A stretch of DNA of 64,000 nt, from positions 161,578 through 225,577 of the forward strand of contig JAPMXV010000063.1 of assembly GCA_026936335.1 (NCBI GenBank), written 5' to 3'. Under the pieces are notes generated by a model. That model was not told the origin of the DNA and did not search any database. It worked only from the letters and a program-made list of their open reading frames with translations. Source of the stretch: Mantamonas sphyraenae STR306. Lineage: Eukaryota > Protista > CRuMs. Below are positions 34,177-45,452 of the stretch, in pieces; position 1 is the first letter of the stretch; the number at the start of each line of letters is the position of its first letter. The translations under genes and the position numbers were made by a program.

Positions 34177-34723
34177 ATGAGCGGCAAGGGGATTGTCAAC
34201 TGGATTGTCAATGCGTCCATCAAGGAGCCTGTGCTGGTGCTGTCGGTGGTGACTGGTCTGGGAGGTGAGTATGGGACGGCGTCGGACGCTTCACACATGT
34301 GCTGGCGCCCTCTGGCGGCCCCGGGCATGCATACGAGCACGCACAGAGGCACACGCACACGGTGGTGCGTGCTGCTGACAGGCGTTTGGTCGGGTGGGAG
34401 ACATGAAAAACGGAAAAGCAACTCACACAGCGCGCACACCCGTCGTGGAACCCTGCAGGCTCGGCACTGGTTCTGGCCGGCGACGGACCAGCCAAGGCCA
34501 AGCACGACAGCGAGTCCAAGTATCCGAAGCCTGGTGAGTGACACGCGTGTGGAGAGTGTGTGTAAATAGGCGTGGGATGGGGCTACATGGCTCAGGATGT
34601 GTCAGGTGGCGTGTGGGCGGCGCGGAAGAGAGCGAGCGGTTTGGGAGGGAGGCGCGGAAAAGCGACGACGGCGGGTCTATTGACACGGAACACACATCAG
34701 CGACGGCCTACCGCACGTTGTGA
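34177..34723 (+). CDS. NDUFA3: Complex I accessory subunit NDUFA3/B9-like; 3 small exons
   Basis: Predicted MSGKGIVNWIVNASIKEPVLVLSVVTGLG|SALVLAGDGPAKAKHDSESKYPKP|ATAYRTL; KEPVLV+TM and YP are NDUFA3-like; GTGAGT donors at 34265 and 34534. Confidence 0.65.
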
Positions 34724-36270
34724 GGGAAGCCACGGGAGTGAGAGCATACGCAGGATGATAAACACCTGGAGAGAGAGCAGAATGAAGCTAGCAGGAACAA
34801 TCAGATGGCCAAAGGCATCGTCGGCGGCAAAGAGAGCGCCGACCATGGAGAGAAGGGAATGGGCAGGAGCAGCAGCCTGCTCTTGCATGTCCAGCGCGTC
34901 TTGCAATGGCACCGCTCGCAGTTGAGTGAACACAGCATTGGAAAAGGTGCTCCAGGCGTTGGCGACGTCGGCGGCACCCAGCAGCTGGAACACGGAGGCC
35001 ATGCGATCCACACGGATCACATTGGCTGTCCATGAGTGACACCAGTCCAGAAGTAGATACACAGGCAAGGCGAGCCAGCCAGAAAGGCCTGCGAGAACAG
35101 TCAGTGCAAACGCAAGCCAGTGGGACTGCCACAAGAAGAACTGGATGTGGACGCCACGGGACAAAGTGTAGCACACAAAATGGGGCACGATAAAGGTGGC
35201 AAGCAGCAGCACCTGTCTGTGCTCAGGCGTCCACACGCCGTTGTCACCGTTGCCGACCTGCGCCCACACCCTACGCAGCAGCACAAAGATCACTGCAAGG
35301 AGGACGACGGTGAGCAGGAGCAACAGGCGGTAAAACGCTGGCTCGTGGCGCAACGAGTCGCCTAGGAAGCCCCAGGCCATGTTGACGCGCGATTCAAAGT
35401 CCCGTCCAAAGTTGAAGGCCACCTGCAAGTAGGCTGTCGGATGGGCCTGCAGAAAGGGCAAACACAGCGCCACCTGCACAAAGCCCATGTAGGCAAAGTG
35501 GACCACGACAGTGGCCAGCGGAAGCAGGTGCAGGTAGGAAAAGAGGAGCGAGGGCCCGTAGAACAGGGCGTTCATCTTGAAGCCCACAGAGAGGGTGTAC
35601 AGGGTGGATGCCAGCCAGAAACGACGGCGCGTGAGGGCCCACAACATGCCTGCACTCAGCAAGGCGACCCACAGGTCGTTGGTGACGCGGGAGATGCCGG
35701 CGCGGTACACGTTCTGCTCGAGCAGAGGCAGCAGGAGAAGCACCAGACGCAGAGACTTGCCACGCGGGGCGTCCCAACGCACGGCAGGAAGGTAGGTGAG
35801 ACAGGTGAGCAGGGTGAGCAGCACCTTGGCTAGCACAGACACAAGCATCATTGCTTCCTTGCTTGCGCCGCCCGTCAAGCTGTACAGCACTCCGTACCAG
35901 TATGCAAAGCCAGCCGGGTAGTACATGCGTCCAAAGTCGCACATGTAGCTGTGTGTGGAATGGCGTGAGGTGAGTGTGAGGTAGAGGTCGTGCCTCTTGA
36001 TCCGGGGTTCGACACCTACTTTTCATAGTCAAAGTCACCGCTGAGCAGGCGCTGGGCAAAGGCGCGGTAGCAGTGAAGATCAATCTCCTGGTAAAACTTG
36101 GTGCTGTACCAGGAGCGAGCAGCGTCGAGGGAGCACACGACAAGCAGGAGGAGAAGTTCGGTGCGCGAAGCAAGGCCGGGCAAGGCTTTATGCCACGCAT
36201 CGGATTTGTCATCGGACGCGGATGAGGGGTTGCCTTTGGCCGCACCTGCCTTTTTGGGTGACGAGAACAT
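34697..36270 (-). CDS. ALG3: ALG3-like Dol-P-Man alpha-1,3-mannosyltransferase (divergent); 2 predicted exons
   Basis: YQEIDLHCY...GDFDY, YYPAGF, ND, SVGFKMNALFYGP, AFNFGR.F...VN, SRGVHIQFFLW correspond to ALG3 motifs (TEIDW, YPAG, KMN, RSLHYQF). Confidence 0.82.
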
Positions 36271-36313
36271 GATGCGGTGTGAGAGCCAGCGCAATCGCAG
36301 AGACCCGACGACA

Positions 36314-37133
36314 ATGCTCATGGACCTCGCCATGATTGTCGGCCCTGTGCTTGGGTACATCCCGCAGTACCAAGAGATTGCCAAGACGCGTTCCAGCAAG
36401 GGGTTCAACAGCCGTACGTGTTTGTGTGTGTGTGATGTGCGTGTCGTGCGTGTGGCGTGTGGGCTCACTCGGTCGGTTTGGCGCGCGCGCTTGATTTGTG
36501 CTTTGCTCGCGCCGTCCAGTGGTCAACTGTATTCTGTTGACATGCAACATCCTGCGCCTGGGCTTCTACATGGTGAAGCCGTTCGACAAGGTGCTGCTCT
36601 TGCAGTCTGGGGTGATGATTGTGGCGCAGCTGCTGCTTTTGGAACTGCTGATCCGCATCAAGCCCAAAGTGTCTGCGGACACGACGTTTGTGCACTACAA
36701 GGAGGCAGACGGGTCGCCATGGGACGTGAGTTCGTATCTGACGGAACGGTTCTGGAACTGGCGGTCGATGGAGCACTACGGAGTGTTTCTGACTTTGTTG
36801 ACGTTTGGTATGCTGCTGTGCAACGCCGTGCTGGGCAGCCAGCGTTGGTATGCAGAGGCACTTGGTATGTTTGCGATGCTGGTGGAGTCGTGTCTTGGTC
36901 TGCCCCAGCTGTGGACAATCATCGAGAACGAGAGTGCAGAGGGTGTCAGCAACACTCTGATTGCATCCTGGTTCTTTGGAGACGCGTTCAAAACCTGGTC
37001 CTTTGTGCAAAAGGCTGCGCCGTTCCAGTTCCTTATGTGTGGTGCTCTTCAGCTGATGGTGGACACGGTGATCCTGATTGTCACGGCCTCGTACCGCATG
37101 CAGAAGGAGGACCGCAAGAAGCGCACACTGTGA
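36314..37133 (+). CDS. PQ-loop membrane protein (PQLC1/SLC66A2/Any1-like); 2 predicted exons
   Basis: GYIPQY...SKGFNS, NILRLGFY, LLLQS, ESCLGLPQL, WFFGDAFKT, PFQFLMCG. Confidence 0.88.
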
Positions 37134-37253
37134 TTCACGCACAGTGTGTGGCATGGGACGTGTGGTTGGATGGAAGTGGCGTGGTGATGCTTGCCATGGT
37201 TGCCAGCGAGAGTGCGCGTGAGCCGCAAGCGAAACCGTGTTTGGGAGCGGAGC

Positions 37254-38510
37254 ATGAGCAATCGCAGCAACTCGTCTGGAGCCGGACAGGGCTTTGAACA
37301 ATACATCTTTTCGAGCCGGACACCCAGCCGGAGCAACTCGAGCTTCCTTAGCAATGACGGGGCGAGTGGAAGGTGAGCGCGCGATTTTCAACGTGGCGAT
37401 TGAGCCTGGGGTGGCCATTTCGACCATAGAGCACAAGGGCCGCAGAGTTGGGCCTGTACAGGGAGACCCAAGATACGGCGGTAGAGTGTGCAGACAATGA
37501 GCTGACGCGTGGGCGTGTGTGGGACTGGATACAGCGGCAGGAAGCGGAGCATGCTGCACGAAACGTCGAGGTGAGTGGGTGGGGAACAGGCAACAGCGAT
37601 GTAGAGGGGCCACGGGGATGACTAAGATTAGTCGACGTGCATATCCCTGTGTGCGAGAGAGTGGAAATGTGCCAGATAAGCCTGCTGACGCGGAATCCGG
37701 GTGAAAACGGTGATCAGGCGGAGCACAATGGGCGGCTCGACACGAGCGCCGCCGCGTACGTCGTTGTACAGCCCAGACACGAGCCGGCAATCGAACAAAG
37801 AGAACACATCGGTGGGTGTGCAGACTTGGGTGCGCGGAAGCGATGTGTGTGCAAAGGGGAAGCGTGCTGACGCTCAGCGTGTGGCACAGATGTATGGAAA
37901 GCAACTGGAGTCTAGTTTCAACACGCAAAGCACAAGTCTGTTCCTGAGCGGCACAGGCGTGGGTAGCACAACCACAACGTCGTCATCGTCGGGATCGTCG
38001 TCGTCATCGTCGTCGTCGTCATCGTCGGGGGCAGGGAACGAGAACAAGTCGTTCGTGGCAGGGAATGCAAGCACATTGAGTGCACACGGGGCAGAAGAGA
38101 GGAAGAACGAACGGTGGGTGACTGTGTTTGGGTTCACCCCATCGCAAGGAGCATACATTCTGAACCACTTTCAGAGCTACGGGGACATCATCAGCCACAA
38201 GGCGTTTGGACAAGCCAACTGGATGCACTTGCAGTACAAGACGGCGTACCAGGCACAACGGGCACTGAGCCAGCACGAAAAGATCCTAAACGGGAATCTG
38301 ATGATCGGTGTTCGTGCGTGCGAAAACCCTGGGGTGCTGCCCAGCGAAGAGAGCGAAAGCAGCAGGATCCTGACGCGGGAGTCGCTCAAGAGCACGACGG
38401 TGTACAAGCAGAACATGCAGTACGAGGTGGAGCAAGGGGAGGGTGTGCCGCAGAACGAGGGAGGCGAGTCGCTGCTGAACGCGGTGTGGGAGTACGTGTT
38501 TGGGTTTTGA
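37254..38510 (+). CDS. NUP35: Nucleoporin Nup35/Nup53; multi-exon, 5' exons uncertain
   Basis: MPPN-type RRM WVTVFGF...F.SYGDI...NWMHLQY...AQRAL...MIGV and C-terminal amphipathic helix LLNAVWEYVFGF. Confidence 0.88.
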
Positions 38511-38537
38511 AGACAATGCATTGCCCGTTTCAGCATG

Positions 38538-39239
38538 TCAGAACTCAAAGAAATGCGCGTAGAGGGAGGGAGTGTCCATGGCAAAGCCCTGTTCGTTGCC
38601 GTAGGTGCCCCAGGCAAACTGGCGGCCGTTGGCAAAGACGATCTTGTTGCACTGGGCGATCTGTTCCCAGGTCATCTCGTTGAGCGTGTCTGCGGTGACG
38701 CCGAGGATGGTTTGGTACATGCGTTCCGAGTCAAAGTCGCCCCCCATGCCTCCCTTGGAGTCGGTGAGGTCGCGCTCGGTGTAGGTTTCCGTGACGGAGG
38801 GGCTGTCGTCGTCGTCCGCGGAAGCCGAGGCGGAAGAAGAGGAAGTGCCCTTGGCGTCGCCAACCATGGTTTTGGCGAGGGCCAGAATGAGCTCATAGTA
38901 CAACGGGCGGCCTTCATCCTTGTCCACCTGGTCATGATACTGCATCCCTCTTCCCTTTGCCTTTCCGGCCAGGCAGGCTTGCGGGATGACGAGCAAGTCG
39001 CCGCCCGCCTCGTTGAGGGAACAGGCGTAGCCGGTTTCGGGGTCTTTGTCCAGCTTGGTGCTGTTGATGAGCTTGACGAGCTTGGGCAGCACTTTGTCGG
39101 TCGCATCCTTGAGGAACGAGACGTACATGATGAAACCGGAGCTGATACTTTTGAATTTGTCCTCGTTGTCGATGTTGATGCACGCCATGCGTGTGTGTTG
39201 GGTCATTGCCTTTGCATTGCGGTTTGCTTTGCTGCTCAT
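38538..39239 (-). CDS. DTD2: D-aminoacyl-tRNA deacylase-like protein of the human DTD2/ATD type
   Basis: GFIMYVSFLKDA, LLVIPQACLAGKAKGRGMQYH, EG..LY, GTYGN.Q and terminal H..EF parallel human DTD2 (PQATLGG..KGR.MQYH; GTYGNRQ; HLIEF). Confidence 0.85.
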   Translation of the reverse strand: MSSKANRNAKAMTQHTRMACINIDNEDKFKSISSGFIMYVSFLKDATDKVLPKLVKLINSTKLDKDPETGYACSLNEAGGDLLVIPQACLAGKAKGRGMQYHDQVDKDEGRPLYYELILALAKTMVGDAKGTSSSSASASADDDDSPSVTETYTERDLTDSKGGMGGDFDSERMYQTILGVTADTLNEMTWEQIAQCNKIVFANGRQFAWGTYGNEQGFAMDTPSLYAHFFEF

Positions 39240-39304
39240 TGTGGGGTGTGGGGTTGCGGTGGGTGTGCGGGGGGGGGAAAGAACAGTTCTGTTCATTCTG
39301 AGTT

Positions 39305-40847
39305 TCAGCCGTCGAGGAGGTCAAACAGATCTTCTTCCTCGCCATTCGCTGTGCCTGCATCGTTTGAAGGCGTATCGTTCATGTCGTCCAAGATGTTTGC
39401 GAGCTGGGCATTGACCTGGCGCGAGGAGGAGTGGGTCATCTTCTTGGACTCCATGACGGTGGTCTCGATGTCGATGGTGCCTCCGCCAAGGCTCATGACG
39501 TCGACAGTGTCAAAGTCATCTGCGTCTTTGAAGAGTTCGACCTGAAACTTGCTTCCTTCGTCAACCTGGCCGGCAAGGCTGCCGATGAGGGTTGCGAGGT
39601 GGTTGAGTTCCTCGCTGCCCGTGGTCCTGGAGGAGCCCGGAGAGTCTGTGGTGGAGGTAGAGTTGGATTTGGATGTGGAGTGTGCTGATGTGGACGACGC
39701 GCCCTTGCCGGCGTTCATGGTGTCCTTGTCCTTGTCGTTGTCCTTGGCGTCTGACTTGCGTTTGAGATACATGTTGATGCCGAGGGTGCACTCGTCGGAG
39801 CTGTTGTACGGCTCTGCGCCGCCGTTGTATTCAAAAGCTGCGGTGCGAATGTTGCCCGAGTCGTCGTTGTAGCGGATGAAGCCCGGGACCTCGGCGAGAG
39901 GTGGAACGGGGCCGTTGGCTTTGATGACAATCGTGCCGTTTGTGCGCTGGATGTTCTCCTGCAGGAAGAGAGAGACCTTGACTCGGCGGTCTTGGAAGAA
40001 GCGAAAGAGGCACTGGCGGAGGTGGCACTGGTTGCCTGCACGGAGGGAAGTGAAGCGTTCTGTGATGAGCTGGAGGGTGGTGGCGATCTGTGAGGTGATC
40101 TGTGTGTTGTGTTCGACCAATTTCATGAGGTTGTTCATGTGGTTGAAGGTGACGTCCATGATCTGGCCTGCATGGGTGCAGGAGAGGAGCTGGTACTTGA
40201 CGCCCATGGTCATGAGGTCGTACAGCTGGAAAGGCGGGTCAGTGTATGAGTACGGGTGGTGTGGTGTGGGTGGTTTGCGGCAAGTGAGAGCATACCTTGT
40301 CCATGCTAGACTTGCTAAGGCGCATGATGGAGCTATGGGCGAGGTGGTTGAAAATCCCGCGCGCTTTGCGGCTAGTGGGAAGTTCCGTGGACTGGAAGAG
40401 CTCCTTGACAAACTTTTCATGGAACATGGTGCTAATGACGTCCTCGAGCACTGTTGGGCCAGCAAGCGGGAGGCAGTGGGGGAACGATACGGAGTGTGAG
40501 CAAGGAGTGGGGGCTGGCTTGGAGCGTGGGCTGAGAATGGGGTGGTGGAAACCGCTGAAAGGCGAAAATCCGCGCGCGTGGCATGTGTATCGGGGGTACA
40601 GAGGACACGGACAAACGAGCAGAGTGGATGGAAGAAGGGAGTTGGGTTGGTGAAAGGGGAAGAGGTGCTGCAGGGGCAACAATGGGGAGCGGTGGTGGTC
40701 AGGGGGAAGGGAAGTCGGCGACGCACCCTTTGTGGATTTCTCGCCGGCAATCTTTTGGGCATCGAGACGCTGCTCGAGAATGTACACCATCTCGCCACCG
40801 AGGTTGAAGATGAGCAGTGGTACTGCGAGTTTAAAGTCACAGGACAT
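39305..40847 (-). CDS. OSCP1: OSCP1 (C1orf102) homolog; 3 predicted exons
   Basis: PLLIFNLGGEMVYILEQRL, LAHSSIMRL...SMDK|LYDLMTMGVKYQ, FFQDRRVKVSLFL, LGINMY. Confidence 0.92.
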
Positions 40848-40905
40848 GTTGGCAGGAAAGGGTCGTGTTTGCGTTTGGACCGACAACGCAAACAGCTGCT
40901 CGGCC

Positions 40906-42093
40906 ATGTCGTCGACGGACTACCACAGCATACGTCTGACGTGTGAGGAGCAGTTGGCAACGGCAATCGAGTGTGATTCGTGGGGGCAGATTGTGGAAGC
41001 GGATGAGCTGTACACAAAGTGGGTTGGTGGTGGTGAGAGAAGCAGCACCTGAAGAGATGGATGCAGATGCTGACGTGCAAGGCGGTCACGGCCACAGGGT
41101 TATGTTGACGTTGAGGAGTGTACAGGACGAAGTGAGCTCTGTGGACCAGGTGGGTGGGGAGGCGGGGCGATGCGTGGTGAGAAGGAAAGAGGGGCGGATG
41201 TTGTTGACACACGTGTCGCTCGCGTAGTTGGCTATCCAGAAGCTGTTGCTGTGTCTGCAAGCTAGGCAGGCGTACATAAACGAGGGGGGAAGCGAAATCA
41301 TCAGTGTGGATAGTATGGCCTTGCTGGGTGAGGTTGTGGAACAGCTGTTTACAGAGCGGCAGTCGACGATCGCGTTTCCAGTGAAGCTGAGCTCGTTTTC
41401 GGAGCTGGAGAGCGAGGTGTGGGGCAGTGTAGAGTCGAGCAGGAGCCCAATGAGCTTGCGGAAGCAGATACACTCGAGTGCAGTGAGCACGCCGCTGCGA
41501 AAGGCAAGCAACACGCCTCCGCCGTCGCCAAGCCATCTGCACAAGGACGGCGTGTCAGGCACGTTGCTGTCGATGCCCAGGCTGCTGGAAGACGGGGAGC
41601 TTGGGCTGAGCATCGAAGTGATGAAGATTGGGCTGAAGAACGCCGACACGTTTGTGGAACCGTTCATCACGGTGACGGCGCGCGACGGGAAGGGCAAGGT
41701 GATCCAGGGGGAGCCACCACAGGATACAACCAGCTCGAAAGAGGTGGAGGATAAGCATATCATATGTAAGAGAGGGAGGGATGGGAGCGGGTCGACTTGT
41801 GTGGGGTGTTTTGTTGACACGGTTGAACCGCAGACAACCAGACGGTGCACATGCAGACAGACATACGCAAGTACCCACAAGACGCGGCCATCTTTTTCGA
41901 GTTTAAGCACTTTAAGCCGAAAAAGAAGAAGATCAGCACACGGGCATGGGCGTTTATCGAGCTGGACGAGATCACAAACGGCCAACTTGCGCTCGAGGTG
42001 TACGAGAAGCCATGCGACCCTATGCGGAAAAAGTTGAAACTGCTCACGTCGAAGCCCCTGTACATGCACATTAGGCTGACGCTGCTGGAGTAG
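40906..42093 (+). CDS. AIDA: AIDA-like protein (N-terminal helical domain plus AIDA-type C2 domain); multi-exon
   Basis: DSWGQIVEA..Y, IQKLLLCLQAR, KIGLKNA..F.EPFITV, AAIFFEFKHFKPKKKKISTRAWAFIELDEI, KPLYMH. Confidence 0.9.
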
Positions 42094-42104
42094 GGGAAGG
42101 GAGG

Positions 42105-43034
42105 CTATGCGGAAAAATCGCCCGCAAACCCCCCTGAAGCGGCTCCCTCTGCAAAGACAGTGATGTCGCTGTCGTGTAGGGCATAATGGTAGCGTGTGGG
42201 GATGTCCTCCTTGCCCTTGTGAGTGTGGCAGGTGAGCTGGAGCTGGCCTTGGAGATCGCGTGTGTAGCCGGTCTCGAGCGGGGTGGTGGCGATGTGGAGG
42301 TCCGCTGAATGAATCAACGTGTTGACAAAGGTACTCCTGTCGTCGATGTCGGCCTGGGTGCGCACAAGCAAGCCAGACGGGTGGGTGTTTGCGTCGAGCG
42401 AGCCGCGGAGGGTATCGAGGAGGTCCAGGACGTCTCCCGAGTCGGCACAGACATCCAGTAGAGCGTCGAGGGAGTCGATGACAATGAGCACAGAGCCGTC
42501 ATGGGAATCGACGAGGTCTGTGAGGACAGTTTGGAGCGGTGTCAACGCGGCAGAATCGCCGAGCATGTCCGCGGGTACCGTGAACTGGTAGGTGTGTCTG
42601 TAAGTGGGTGCGTCGTTGCGCTTGCGTGTAGAAGGCGACGGTGAGGAGGAGGCGGAGGAGGAGGCTGTGGTGGTGGTGGTGGTGGTGGAGGTGGTCGACG
42701 TTGTGGAGTTTGATGAATCCGTGGAATCGGTGGAGGTGGAGGAGGTGTAGCTGACGAGAGATGTGCAGGCATCGATAAAGTCAAAGAACCCCGCATGATG
42801 GGCGTCTTGGAGACTAGTGCCCATCTTTCGGGCGACGGCGTGGTAATAGAGAAACGGGTTGTGAGCGCCGACAAAGACCAGCTTGCACTCGTCCTGCTTG
42901 GCGACAAAGGCGAGTAGGGAGTGGAGGATAAAGTCTGCGCTGGCGTCGTAGTGTTCTGTGAGCAGGGTGAGACGGTCGAGCCACTGGTCGGCCCAGGCCG
43001 AGTGGGTCAGGGAGAGAGCGTCTTCGAGCTTCAT
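42105..43034 (-). CDS. ELP6: Elongator complex protein 6
   Basis: ADFILHSLL, YHAVARKMG.SL, LIVIDSL..LL, L.H.AD....PLETGYTRDLQGQL. Confidence 0.82.
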   Translation of the reverse strand: MKLEDALSLTHSAWADQWLDRLTLLTEHYDASADFILHSLLAFVAKQDECKLVFVGAHNPFLYYHAVARKMGTSLQDAHHAGFFDFIDACTSLVSYTSSTSTDSTDSSNSTTSTTSTTTTTTTASSSASSSPSPSTRKRNDAPTYRHTYQFTVPADMLGDSAALTPLQTVLTDLVDSHDGSVLIVIDSLDALLDVCADSGDVLDLLDTLRGSLDANTHPSGLLVRTQADIDDRSTFVNTLIHSADLHIATTPLETGYTRDLQGQLQLTCHTHKGKEDIPTRYHYALHDSDITVFAEGAASGGFAGDFSA

Positions 43035-43165
43035 TTTTGGATGGTGGTGGTGGCGGTGTTGTGTGCAGATGGAGGAGGAAGATCAGGGGGCCGTGGGGGG
43101 GGTGGCGTGTGAGAGGGGAGGTGTGGGATGTGCGTCGCGGGAGGCAAGGGAAATTTCCAACCAGG

Positions 43166-45405
43166 ATGGCGCAGCAGTTCAAATCGCGGTACCTGGACGC
43201 TTGCAAGGATTACAACATTGCGCCACTGCGGTATCTGGAGTACATGGATGTGCCTGGGACGAACAATGAGGAGTCGAGTGTGAAGCTTGACCTGAACGGG
43301 CGCAATCTGGGGCTGGCACAGGTACAGGCGATTGCGAGTGCATTGCAGTACGACGGAAGTTTTACGAGCGTAGACATGGGAGATGCATTCCTGAACGACG
43401 ACGGGTGCCAAGTGCTGTGCGAGGCGCTGGAGGACAACACAGGGGTGGTGACGTTGGTTTTGCGCGGCAACAACATTCGCAGCGACGGTGCGGCGGCCAT
43501 TGCTGCGCTGCTGCGACACAACTCGATCATTCGCAGGTAAGTGTGGCGTGTGATGGGTGGGGTTGGATGGTTCAGCAGGGGCCACGGATGGGAGATCTGA
43601 CTCGAGTGGGTTTTCCCGGTGGGCACGCAGCCTGAATCTGGAGTGGAACAGCATCGGGATGTGGGACATTGGCGTCAAGTCCATCTGCGAAGCGGTGATG
43701 AGCAACACGACCCTGGTGGAACTGGATCTGCGCAACAACCGCATTGGCCCTGACGGGGCGGCGGCGTTGGCAAACGCGCTTCACAAGAACGACACGTTGC
43801 AGCGGGTGGACCTGCGCTGGAACAACCTTGGCGTGCTGGGAGGCAAACACATGGCAGACGCGTTCAAGTACAACTTTTCACTTGTGTCGCTGGAGGTTGC
43901 AGGCAACGACATGCTGGATGAGGCTGTGCAGGCGATTGGTACGTTGTGGATTTTTTTTGGCGCGCTGTGGAGAATCCGACAAACGGGAAAACTGACACGG
44001 GAGGACAGAGATCGGCCTGACGCGCAACAAGCAGATGGTGAATTACAAGGAGCAGCAAGACACACAGCAACTGATGGCGGAGAAAAGCCTGAAAGAGCTA
44101 CAGTGGCAGCACGAGGAGGAGCTTGGGGAACTGCAGCGAGAGATGACGCAGGTGCGTTCGCGAGAGAACAAGAGCAGGAAGCAGCTGGCAGAGTACAGCA
44201 GCCAGCTGCTGGAGGGCCAGGACGCACTGCTGGAAATGGAGCGGAAGTACGAGCACGCAGAGAGGTTGCGCACTCTGGCGGAGCTGAAGCTGCAGGATGT
44301 GGAGGAGCTGCGAGAGAAGGAGCGTGCGTCGATGAACGCAACGGTGCGGGAGCTGGAACGGGAGCTGCGTGGGGCGAAAGAGGCAAATCAGCGGCTGGAG
44401 GATCGGACGAACGAGAAGCGTGAGGATTTGAGTGACGTGGTGTCGCAGCTGCAGGCGGAGCTGCTTGCGGCGCGCAAGGAAACGTTGGAGAAGGAGAGGC
44501 TGTTGGGCATTGCTCGCAGTGACGTGGACAGTGTGAGTTTGCGTGAGGAGCAAAAGGTGCACGAGTTGCAGACAAAGCTGCGCAACGAGCAAGAGCGTGC
44601 ACGGAAGGCGTTGGAGCACGCAAAGGAGCAGCATGCAGAGGAGCTGGAAATGGTGCGGACGAGCCAAGAGAGCAAGTTGCGCATGCTGGAGAGCAAGCTG
44701 GGCCAGGTGGAGGAGGCACGGACGGCTGCGGACGAGGAGGTGGAACGGTACAAGGCCGAGATCATGCGGCTGAAGATGAATCACGAGGAGTATCTGAACA
44801 CGGCAACGGTGGGCCAGCGTGAGAAGGATCGTGAATACGAGCACGTGGCCGAGTCGCGATACAAGCAGGTGTGCGCGGCGAGAGACGAGCTGGCGTCGGC
44901 GCTGGACCGGGAAAAGGCAGCGCTGATGAGCGCGAAGCACGAACTGGGCCTGGAACGGGAGGCGCGTCAGCGTCTGGAGGCAGAAAACACGCGACAGAGC
45001 CAGGAGGTTGCGCGGATGCAGATTATGGTGGAGAGCGCAGAGAGGAAGCTGGAGGTGGCGCAGGGAAGCGAGGAAGGCCTGAAGAAGGAATTGCAGAAGC
45101 GGATCCGAGAGCACCAGGAAACAGTGTCTCGTATCCACGACGAACAGAACGCAGAGATGCGTAGGATGCACGATACACTGGGGATCCGGAACAGCACGAT
45201 CCAGGATCTGGAGAATGCGCTGCGAGAACGCAACCGGGAGCTGAACAAACTGCGAGAGGCTGAACACAAGCGCATGGTGATGAGTGCAGCGATTATCGAG
45301 AGCTACCAGCGCGCGGCGGGCGATGGCGGATTGACGGACGGGGTGGATTCTGCGCTGGAGACGAGCAGCGGGAGTGTGTACGGGACGAGTAGTGGGAGTG
45401 AGTAG
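43166..45405 (+). CDS. LRRC45-like protein: RNI-type LRRs plus long coiled coil; 3 predicted exons
   Basis: LVLRGNNI, LNLEWNSIG, LDLRNNRIGPDGA, VDLRWNNLGVLGG, LEVAGN, then about 430 aa of coiled coil. Confidence 0.8.
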
Positions 45406-45452
45406 GTTGGAATGGAATGGGAAAGATGGATTGTTTGTTGTGAGGGTGACGA

